A DNA stretch of 50,656 nucleotides, counting the filler, from Sphacelaria rigidula (lineage: Eukaryota), in NCBI GenBank assembly GCA_964200075.2. It is 3 parts of 3 records of this genome, joined end to end, with 100 filler letters (N's around TTAATTAATTAA, not from the genome) between each part and the next. Parts side by side here need not be neighbours in the genome. Positions count along the whole stretch, not along the records: positions 1 to 16,824 come from CAXNAA020001246.1; 2 more parts are not named here. One strand, given 5' to 3'. The notes beneath the pieces were generated by a model that saw nothing but the letters and a program-made list of their open reading frames with translations, searched no databases and was not told the DNA's origin. Positions within the stretch are counted from its first letter, which is position 1. Each line of letters starts with the position of its first letter. This document shows positions 1 through 11,300 of the stretch, in pieces. Both the position numbers and the translations under genes were made by a program.

Positions 1-2001
1 TGCACGAAGCACGCACACACGCACTCAGGACACCCTACTTGCAAGCAGTTCAAACCGTAGTACAGACCATGCACCGTTTCACGGATTTCACTGTCTTTTT
101 TTGATCAAAAGCTTGAAAATTCATCCGGACCCAACTGCATCAAAACGAGAATTTTTCACTCGACTCAATTCCACCGCTCGTTTTTTCTATCGAAGAAAAA
201 AGTGCTAAGACACGCCCTCACTCTTACATTTGTATAATATTATCAGACAACTACCAAGTTTATGATCACAACAGTCGCCAGCAGATGTAAGGCGGTGCAA
301 GTACTACAATCGCTCCATAAGCCTCGGCTTCTGCCCTGGAGCTCTGACGCGAAGCAGCCGCTAGCTTTGTCTTTCTTCTGTGAACTCCCCCTCTGAAATT
401 CGACACTTGGAGGGATACTCGCTGTTTCAAGGCGAAATTGCCTTTTGCGCACAGCCGCACAGAAATAAGCGGCAGCGCCTGCCAACACGCAACCAAACTG
501 CATGTCGTGTCAACTTGCGGCGAGAAAAACAACATGCGCACCGATTTTTTTTAATTTGCGATGTTGGACCTCTGATGGCGGTAGATACTAACCCTCAACC
601 CGAAAGTGCCGATCGCGCAACGCGTAGAACTCGGCAACGAAGCAGAGGATTGGACTGCAGTTTCTTGCGTGCGCTTCCCACACACCGAAGCCAGGTCAAT
701 CTGTTTTATTTTTTCGTTTGAGCGTGATACTGAGTCGCAACAAACCCAAACGTACAAAAATGAGGTGTTTTGCGCTCTGGGAGGGGGGTTTCTCGCTGCT
801 GGCGCGACGCCAGAAAAATGTGAATCAGAATCCCCTAGATCCTGTGTGTATGCAGGGGGGTGTGAAGTGCCGTGGGCTGGCTTGCTTCCTGTGTCGAGAA
901 CCGCGCGATCTCCCGTGCTAGAGCTGTCCCATAGTAAACCAAGTTTTTAAGTGATGAAGCGTGCGTTCTGCTCGAGAGGGCCTCGGCACAGGTGTGACCA
1001 CCTACTGACGTGTTCATTATTCCTCTGCACTTCTGTCTTTTTTAGTTTGCCGCTGATTTTTGGTCGTGAGGCCCTCTACTCCCACGCATAACTGTGCTGT
1101 GCGTTGGTCCTTTCATCGGAGCACGGGGTCTGGCCCAGCCGGTCGAGCGGTTTACATCGGCGCTGGTTGTGTGTCTTCGCCCAACCGTGTTGGGTATCGC
1201 GCAATTGACGGATCCGGGTAACATGAAGTTTTCGACAGTCAAGTGTGCAGACCGCACTCCGTCCCAACTGATACTATATTTTATAGAGAGACGAACACAA
1301 CCATACAGCACCTCGAGCAATCTCAGCGGAGACCAAACCATCTCTGCAAGGTCCAAACACACCACAGAACTATGATGGCTACAGCACATGTGAGAGCGGC
1401 CGTGAGTGTGTTTGTGCTGCGGTACAGTGGAACAGACATGTCCCATGTTTTAGTTACTCGGCTGATGTAGACTGGGTCCTCACTGTGGGGTGCCTGCCTT
1501 GAACGCTCGGCCATGATCGCGCTTCGCGCAAAAAACAAATCCACTACAAAATCATTCTTACGTATGGATCCTGTGCCTAAAGTCCGAGTACGGGTGACCC
1601 GAAATATCGATACTGAAGGCATGATGACATACGCAGTATTTCCGGCGGCCAATACTTCAGGTATTTTGTTCAACTGAGTACTGACGATACCCGAAAACCC
1701 AAGAGTACGTTGTGTGTGGTTCTACTCCATCCCAGCCACCTCCGTGAACGGGAAGCACCGAGTCTACTGGCACTGGTGCAAATAGAGACTGCAACACTGC
1801 AACACCAACCCCGGCCACCGCAACTATACCGCGGGCACGGCGACACTCAACGCAAACGTTGGGTACACTACCCCGTATACCAATAGACAGCACCGCTCGT
1901 AAGACATCCGCCGTCCTGAATATCACCCTGCCTCCATACGGTGCTGTACAGCGACTGGGGGCAACAGAAGACCGGCAAAATCATGTGTGACGGAACCTAT
2001 A

Positions 2002-2966
2002 CAGGCTGGGCCGCGTAAGAAGCTCACTTTCCTTTAGCCCGTTCTAACTGACGATGTATCGCGAGTTGTGCTTACTATGACACATCGTGGTAATCGGCAA
2101 ATCAGCGCGCGTCTTCAAATCTATGTAGCACTGCGATCCGACTAGGTCTCATCAAACGAAATACCAAAATGTAGTTAAGTGAGAAGGTGTAAAGGGTTGA
2201 CGGTATTATGTGCGGCGAAATTATCCACAAGAAAACGGCTGAGATTGGATTTTCGGCTACAGTCAGTTTTGTGTCGCGTGGTGCCGCACAAGCCGTAGCA
2301 CAATTCCCGAGCTCAATATTTCGTCGTTTTTGATGGAATTTTGACGTGATGTACAGGACGTGTGTTCAAACACCCCTTCGTTTCTCCCGTGTGCTTTTTT
2401 CTTTTCGTAAGTTATTGGCGGCGGAACATGTCAAAACAGTTTTTTCTGGAACAAAATTACCAATAAGTTACGAATAAAACAAAAAAGACATGGGAGGAAA
2501 GATTCGGTATTCGCACATATGTCCTGTTCATGGTGTCGAAATTTGATCGAAAACAGGTTGACATTAAACAGCATGAATTCGTTTTAAATATCTTGACTGG
2601 TTCACCTCCCCACACTACAGTAACCGGTTGTCGACGGAATGACGCATGTTCTTTGCTCAATTGTGGATCGTTTTCGATGAAAATTTGACACGGTGTGCAG
2701 GACGTTTGTGCGGATACCGAACCTTCCCTCCCGTGTGTTTTTGTTTTCTCCGTGAGTTATTGGCGACGAAACATTTCAGAACATTTTTTCGGAACAAAAT
2801 TGCCAATAACTCACGAAGAAGAAAACCAAGAATACACGGGAGGAAAAGTTCGGTATCCGCACATAATGCCTGTACATCGTGTCGAAATTTCGTCGAAAAT
2901 GATCCACATTTGAGCAGAGAACATGCGTTTCAACATTCCTGGTGGCTTCTTGGGCGGCCCAGCTCG
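2002..2966. mobile_element. Non-autonomous Tc1/mariner-like TIR element with TA flanks and two internal hairpin units
   Basis: Left TA|CAGGCTGGGCCGCGTAAGAAGC and right GCTTCTTGGGCGGCCCAGCTCG|TA form an imperfect TIR. Internal foldback units at ~2310-2555 and ~2655-2900. A second family copy starts at 32771. Confidence 0.7.
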
Positions 2967-4230
2967 TACTCAAATTACGTTTCCACTATGAAATGTACTG
3001 TGAAACGAAGAGGGGAGGGTCAAATATTTTAATCAAATTACTTGAAAATTGTGTTCGTGCTAAGAAATGAACCCGTACCAATGGACCTACCGCCGTATGT
3101 GAACCTTCTCTTTATTGCAGCCGTTTTGTTTTATTTCCATCGTCAACCCTTTCGCCCAGACTCGTAGTCGATAGGTAATTTGTCTGCTAGCGTTCGCGCG
3201 CAAGAGGCGTTACTCTTCAGGCAGGAAGTACACGTAAGTGAGGTATCGAGAAAAGGACGACTGCAATATTCGTTGTTGACGTTGTTTTCGCAGTGATGAC
3301 CGTTCCGATGTCTGCTCAGTATTCCATACTGAGCATCCGATGTGGAGGCGTTCCGTTGTCACAGGGTAACTACCCACACTAAGGTGTAACGCCGCTTCGT
3401 ACGACAAACAAAAAATCCTTTGAATATGCTTATTTGGTCGTCCGTCCCTTTATGTATTCAGAGCGAGCTGAGCGGAGTCTGACACCTTGGAATTATTTGT
3501 TCAACTCATCGAGACGGTTGCTGGACACCTTCGTTCTCCAGCGCCCGCAGTTTTTTTCGTACCTAATTTCCGCGTTTGCCCCCGAGAGCGATCGAATGTA
3601 GGAAAGGCTGCCATTTTCCCCTGGACTGGACCGTCTCTGTACATGAATGCTCGTTCGCCCAAAAGCAAAACTGCCGTCACCGGAAAACGCAGAAATAACC
3701 GTCCCAACGAGTAGAGCAAGTCAGTCCAAGGTGTCAGAATCCGCCTCGCCCTCCTTAAGCCCGTTCAACGATGCAGAAGCACGAAAAATGCAATTTCACA
3801 GTTTTTGGTTTTCCGTTGAAAGAAGCGGCCTAAAGAAATAAAAAAAATGAACCACAGATCGCGTGTGGGCAGCGACAGGATTTGAAGTCTTGCGATGTGA
3901 GGCGGGAGGAGTCGGCGGTGGTCCGCGTGGTTGTGCGGCTGGCGTGCCGACTGAGCCCACCGCGATGGTTTGCGGTGCCGACGACGGAGAGCGCCGGCCG
4001 CGGTGACCAGAGGTGTGGTCGTCCCGATCTTCCTCTTGTTCTCCATCTTCGTGGGCAAGATGCTCAGCATTGATGATCGTATGGTGCTGTTGATCTTCAG
4101 CCATGACGGAATCTGGAACCGGATCGTCTGTCTCCTGTCACCTCACGTTCTCACGCCTGCCAGGTCGAGAACCAGTTTTTTCATTAATAATAAGGCTAGA
4201 AACAAAATATCTACACAAAAAAGAATGCAC

Positions 4231-4748
4231 CACGCGTCCGGCGAGTCAAAATTCGTCGAAATGAGTGCACTTGTGGACGTTTTTTGCGAACACAACGAGC
4301 ATGGCTCGTGTGCTAGCGTCATTCAGTTTTTTTCACAACAAGCTATGACTCGTGTGCTCAAGCCATTCAGTTTTTCACGACAAGTGGTGACTCGAGTGCT
4401 CGCCCTACAAATATACTACTCTAATCTTTGTGTGTGTGTTTGGGGGGGGGGGGATGCTTGGATGAAATGAAACGAGCTTTGGAGCTTGGCACCTGTACAT
4501 GTGCAGATACATGCATATTAAAAGTCCAGGTTTAGGATTGTCGAGGAGCTCATTACAATTATTTGCTCGTCGGATTGCTGACTCCTTCATTCGAGTCTTT
4601 TATCACGAGCAATGAATCGAGTGCTCGCCCTAATAATTTTTACAGCAACGAGCAATGACTCGAATACCCGCCCTGTAATTTTCACGGCCAACGAGCAGCC
4701 CAACGAGTGCGAGTGCCACGAGTCATACTCGTGCTCATACGACGTGTG
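4231..4748. mobile_element. Putative small TIR element with CAC...GTG termini and internal tandem repeats
   Basis: Ends CACGCGTC / GACGTGTG; repeated motif ACGAGCAATGACTCGAGTGCTCGCCCT with variants. No TSD seen. Confidence 0.4.
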
Positions 4749-5372
4749 AAAGGCACCTACACCATGGAAGATCCGTAAAAGACCGATTGAACTGCAGGAT
4801 ACCTACTGGGAGCCGATCATCCCACTACGCATAAACTAGCGTATCGCTTACTAATTTGATCGCGGAGGCACGAAGGTCGTGTGTGAGAGCAATCGCTCAC
4901 ACGAATTAAGGAATCAGAAGCGCATTGATACGTCATGTTGAATGGACTTGTGCTGTTAGCGTTCATGTCTCCAAATGGTGGAGTAAAATCATGTTATCGT
5001 CGAACTACCTCTGCGTCGGTGACATCCTGCATTACCAGCATTAAGATCCATATCGAGTTTGTGCCGAGGGGACAGTATGAGACGGAAAAGAATGGCACGA
5101 AGAGCACCATATGGTTGGCATCCCCATCCAGCAGCTGAGTGAAAGACTTGGACAACGGGACTACTCCTTCTGTGGGCATTGCTCCCGGCTTCGTCGACAC
5201 TTATGGTGAAGCGATGGGTTCATCAAAAAGTCAGACTTATCTTCGCTGAAATGAGGAATTGTGTATTGGCCGCCCTTGCGTGTGTGCACTTGGTGAGTTG
5301 TGATGTGCGGTGCTATTTCTTCCTTGCCAATATCGTTCTTCTGTGCCCGTGGCGGGCGTTGTTTTGTGGCAG

Positions 5373-8300
5373 GCCGGAGGAGGGTCCCAAGAGGTCTTCG
5401 GAAAACCTCGGCGAGTTCTTGACGGGGGACCGCATCGAGAGCTCGCCCTACGCTATCTTCATGCAGCACAACATATCTTGCTCTCCTTTATGCCAGGTGA
5501 GCGCCTTGTGTGTGTGTGTGTGCAGTCATTTAGCCAAAGGACTGAGTTTTGGGGGGAGCGGTTGAAGCAAACCCGGAACGAGGCGAGGGTGAAGCAATGC
5601 TACGGTAGGGGTGCCCTTTTTGCGCGAAATAATGCCTAGTTCAGGGGCTCTTCAACATTCTAGATGCACGAGAACATGGGTCAGGGCACCCACCTATGCA
5701 TATTCATTCGGGACATCCCTAGCACGTTGGACTAGTAATCCTAGCGTACTCTTACATATTTCAAAAGTCGTGTCTTGGATGAGATGAAGGGCTCCCGACA
5801 ATGCAAACCTCATGAAATATTTGTGCACCCCCACCGTAACATCCCTCGCTACAAGGAAGGAGAGGGGGAAAAGGTTGAAGGACGTGCAACTGAAAATGAG
5901 TTGCGACCTGTTGTTGTTCTCAGCAGCGTTTCCATTCGCCTTAAACGGCGCAAAAACTAGCTCAGCAGTTGCTGGCGGTCCCCGCCCGCACTCCAGCGCG
6001 TAGTTTTGGCTGATGAAACCCCCCCCGTGCATGGACACTCATGATCGCCAGGACACTCTGACGTTGACTCCATGTACTTCTTCTCTTGGTCTAGATGCGC
6101 GCCAGCATACATGTTTCATGTAGCTCAATCTAGATTTTGAGCTTGCATTGACGGCACCAAGTGGACATCTAGTAGTTCGCTGGAACGTCGAATACCCCTA
6201 GGTGATGTTCAGGCTCGTTTTTTACACGATCTCGGTATCTGCAGGGGGGAGTGTAGCTAGGACAGAAATGAAACGACCGAGGAAGCTCCTGTAACTTCCT
6301 TCACTCCGTCTATACAGCTGTGAGGCGTGCGCGGTATGTGATGAACTGATGCACTGGCGAATATCCTTTCAACTCGGGGAAGTGCCGACGTGCGTAGTGA
6401 CGGGTGTCGCAGATAGTGCGAGAAGCTGACGTGTGTGTGCGCGCGTGCTTGCGTGTTTGCGTGTTTGCGTTCATGTACGCATAAAATACCAAATGTTGTG
6501 TTCTGAACTACTCCCACTTTGTTCTTCTGTCGACACGAGGATTGTTGCGCAACATGGGCGGCGGACTCTACCGTGAGGTTTGCGACTATGATAGTGCTGT
6601 GTCTATCACCTGGCGCCGAGGGGGTAGAAATAGTACTCGAGCACAAGAACTAGCCAGTCGAAACATGCCACCTGAAAATCACTATTGATATCCATGCACA
6701 CTTTTTCTGTAACAAATTACAAATACTGTACCCGCGGAGCTGCCGTGTCATTCTCCGCTGTAGGGCATGAGTCCCAGCGGATTATTTACGGAAGCAGCCG
6801 GAAGTTTGTAGTACGCTACATCCTCCCAGATACCACCTCCAGATAAGGATTTTTTTAATTCCAAAAGCCTTCTCAATGGTCGTCGACACCATCAACTACG
6901 GTTCGTGTGGCTTGGCGCGCGTTTTTTGTCCTTCGTGTCGTTGTTGATGTTATTTCTGCTGCTGCTGCTGCTTAGATGGACCTTGACGAGAACGACAAGC
7001 ACATCGCAGTCAAGGTCAAGAACCTACAAAAGGCCATTGAGGGGGACTACAGGCACAACTGGATTATTGACAACCTGCCGGCGGCGTCTTTGATGGAAAC
7101 CGCTGAGGCGAGTATCGGACGAGATTTGTCAACGTCCAAGTGGGTTTTTGTATTTCACGTCTCCCTGCCGAGTGAATGTGCATGCATGACTGTTCGATCA
7201 TGGCTCGATAAGTTCGCCACAATTTATTGTCTTTCGCCGTTCTTTTACCCCTTCCCCCCCCTCCCTCCCTCCTCCGGACGAGTCCTTAGTCTAGAGAAAT
7301 GTACCCATCTCTTCCCCGATACGTGCCTGAATTTTTGTTGTTGTGGATTGGACCAGCACTCTTGAACCGCGTCGAATATTGTCATTTTTTACTTTTCTGC
7401 TCACATGCTTCCGTTTTCAAGGACATGATTAGAACAGCAGAAGTCAGATACTCGTGAGAAAAAAAGAACACATCCGCTGGAGATCGGACTCCCTCGTCCG
7501 CCCTAGCCGGTGTACCGTTTTATATAATACTTATTTAGACCACTTGTGCGCGGCGGCTGTTCGAGTTCTAATTCCAAGCTGTGGTAGGACCGGCCTGAGC
7601 ACGAGCGAACACAGAGGAGGCGTACAGCAATGCCGATAATGGTGACTTCGCGTAGATATTTATGCCATGCACGCACAAGGTGTACATACTTTCACAAATA
7701 ACACAAGTGAACCTCGTAGCGGATCAGGTGCCGGGCGACAATCCTGCTATGGATCAAACAAATACAAACTTGAAGCCAGAGAAGTTCATGGTTACGCACT
7801 ACTGCGCCATATTCTCATGTGCCGCAGATATCCTTCCCCCCCCCAAACGAATCACTCACGTCCTGAACTATTATGTTGTGTTTGTTGCTTGTTCTCCGTT
7901 TCCGCGGCGGGCAGGGCAAGACCTTGACGTACTACGCCCAGGGCTTCCCCGTAGGGTTTAAGGACACGAGCAGTGGGACGTACTACGTGAACAACCACGT
8001 GCACATGGTGGTGGAATATCACGTCATGGACGAGACTCAGGACGTGAGTGGGTGTGGGGAAATACCCGCAAGTGTCCTATTGGTCGTTAATTCACCGATA
8101 GATTGCTTGTTTGTCGCACACAAACAGATTGCTACGAGTCCGTTCATGTGATGACAGGGTTGACGTACGTAGCCATGATGAAAGAGCGGTAAGTCTCGTT
8201 GAGGGAACTCGAGAACGGGGATAAAAAATATTGAAGAGAGTGAAGACAAGGACACGAAAGGTGAACATCATGGGCGAGGAGGAGGGAAAACAGGAGAGAT

Positions 8301-11300
8301 GTCACGGTGAAGTACCCTGCGGTGTTTGTGAGTCAAGCCCTTTAACTGCCGCTGAAATCGGTGCACACTTGGTGATCTCAGCCGATGTGACGCACCCAGC
8401 TACGGGTGACGAGGGAGGTAACGCTGCACCATGATTATTGGAGTACGACTTGTCGAACTGTTTAGGCTCCGAGGGATAGTTCACAAGATCGTCGAGTGCG
8501 GGTAAGATGGCAGGTGGGATTTGATCTTGTCGCGGACACTGAGGTTATGAGTTTTTAGCTTCTGCATGACCACCGGGATTAATCAAGTCTACTTTCTTTT
8601 CTGGGGTTTTCGCCAATATCATTTGTACATGAAATTTTTTGTTGAATCTGGCGTCGAAGACCTCCAAGTCATCAGCGCTGTTTGAATATGTGAGTGTGTG
8701 TGACGTCATGTTGTTTTCCAATACTGTTCCGAAATGTTGCCAACGAGGCCGTCGGGGGTGGGAAATTCCCGGTTGCATTTCAATGGTGCGCCGTCATGCC
8801 CGCATATGTGTAGTGCAAGCACCTCCCTGTCGACATAATATTCCACTCCCGACTCGCAGCCCCCCGCTCCTCATGTTGAAAGGAGCAATTGCATTTTCTT
8901 CACGTGGAAGCCAAGAGCTGCGTTCGAATACCATGCCATTATAGTGGGCCACAAATACAAGAACAGAAGAAATTGACGCGTTGGGGAGGTCGGGGTAGCT
9001 TTTGCCCTCCTCTCCCGGCAAAAACAGAAGAGCTCACCCATTTGCCGCCAGTATACAAAAAGGCTCACCATGGGGTGAAGAAGGGTCCCCGGGCACCACG
9101 CCGATAAAGCGCAGCTCTCCCCGATGTACAAAATTCCGATGTTTTGTTGGGTGGTGCCGACTTTCTTCTTTTGGTTGTTGCTTGCCGCTTGCTGCGCCGC
9201 CACTAACGCGTTGCGTTTCGTTTCGTTCTTTTCGTTTTTTGCTCTCTGCTTCAGCAACCGCCCGCCAGGGTGGTGGGGTTCAAGGTGGAGCCTTTTTCCG
9301 TCAGACACACGCACACGTCGCCTGGCGCGAAGTGGGCAGGGGGTGAATCCCCTTTACCTCCCTTGGATACGTGCGACGACACCGACCCCGTCTCTCCCGT
9401 CAAGATGCCCAAGGTATAGAGATGGCCTAGGCTCACCATGCACACGCCACTTTTGATATGGTTTTTGTTTTGTGTGGGCCAAGGCCTGTAGAATTGACGA
9501 TGGTGGGCTGGGGCGCGTGTGACGGAGTTAGACTGTGCAGGTTGACTATGATTAGCCTGGGCGTGTCGTGTATCATATCCATTAGGGTGCGCACAGTATC
9601 GGTGTTATAAGGGGGCCAGACTTTGCTTCCGAGAGGCGTTGTGCTGACGGCCATGTCTCTGTGTGGATCTCTTACCTCATGCAAGTTTTTTTTTGTTAAC
9701 GCCTCTTGACTGCGTACCTGAAGGTATCAGTTTTTCATGTACGGTATCGTGGTAATTGCGAAAGGTGGACCGGATTACATGTTGTTCATTGTTTGAAGCA
9801 TGTGCACGAAACACTGTTGAATGGTCGTCGCGTTTATTTTCTTGGTATTTGTTAGTTTTTTCTATGCCGATGTTTATAAGAGGCTTTGCCTCTTGTCAGT
9901 CATTCTTACTTGAATTCATACAGGAGTGGTCCTGAAATACATTACGTTATGCCTGACTTCACGGTGCTACCGTCTTGCTCGCTTGTCTTCCTGTTTTTTT
10001 TTTCTTGTGAATGTAATCGTGTGCGTACGCTCTTCTATGCTGGTCCAACGACTGGCGTAGTCTCTGGCGGAGGCACAAGCGGTGGCTCTGGGGGAAACCA
10101 TTCTGTTCACGTACGATGTATCGTGGGTGCCGTCTGACACTCACTGGGCTAGCCGCTGGGATATTTACCTCACCATGAACAAGGCCGTGAAGAACAGGGT
10201 GAGTAGTGCTGCACTCGAGGTAGACACTTCGCCCTCACTGTCGGTATAGAGTGTTGAGTGAAACAAGAAGTAGTGTATAATGGTGTACCGTAACACACAG
10301 TTACTCATGCCTGGATGGAATTTATTATGGTGAGCGCGTTATCTTCTTGGCTCGGAAGATGAACAACCTGCCTGTATGTAGTTAATCTTGAGAAAGTGAC
10401 AAGTCGTGACCCAGGAAATAAGGCCGATCCAAATCGATGGCCCGGTACGGTATGCAGCGTACAGCGTACTCATTCTGAGCCTTTTAGTTTTCGTCAACGA
10501 AACAAAACATGTTTCTTTGTTTTTCGTTCTCAGTGAAGTTGTGTCACCTGTGGTCATGTTGATTCGTATATCTCGAATAAGAAAATGCGTCTGCTGCATG
10601 TACATGAAAATGAATCGAAGTTAATGCATTTACCGCAAGAATTACACAATTCTTCTTTTTTTCTTTTCGCTCTCTCTGCCCTTGTCCGCCACCCTCGTTC
10701 TTTTTTTTTTCGTTTGTTATCCTCCTGTATTTATGATGGAATGGGGGACGATGCACGGGGTGGGTGTATGCATGACTGGATGCACAGGTGCACTGGTTCT
10801 CCATCGTGAACTCTTTGTTGATCGTGCTGTTCCTAACGGCCATGATCGCGATGATTCTCATCCGCAACCTTCACCGCGACATCATGCGCTACAACCGCGT
10901 CCCCACGGACGAGGAAAAGGCGGAGGAGCGCGAAGAGACGGGATGGAAGGTGAATTATTATGGTTTGTGTGGTGGCGCAGACAATGGATTTTTTTATCGT
11001 TCTGACTTCGTTTGTCGCACTTTAACTGACCACCAATGGGTCTAGAAAAGAAGTACAGCCAAAATATAACATGATGACTAGCAGTGCCTTGGCTACGCGC
11101 TTTTCCCGCGATCTGGCTTGCACTGAGGCAAGAAACAATGTACTCGGATTAACCTTCGGCGCAACCGGATGGGTTTCCGTTCAATAGATGGACTTTATTT
11201 TTGGACGTACGTGAGAAGGGTACTGGCTGCTCCACCATCACGGCGCTTCGCACTTAGTGATCGTGAGCCTGGTCCAGTGAAGACGTACTTCGGGTCGGCT

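Noticed and set aside
3970-4470. + strand ORF with a hydrophobic stretch as the TM9SF signal-peptide exon
   Set aside because: Lacks the expected N-terminal motifs (FYLPG, VNKL.S, PY.YY..PFC) and runs into a repeat.
11071-11130. ATGATGA...CTGA as another C/D snoRNA
   Set aside because: Only ~56 nt, no adjacent terminal stem, no convincing guide.
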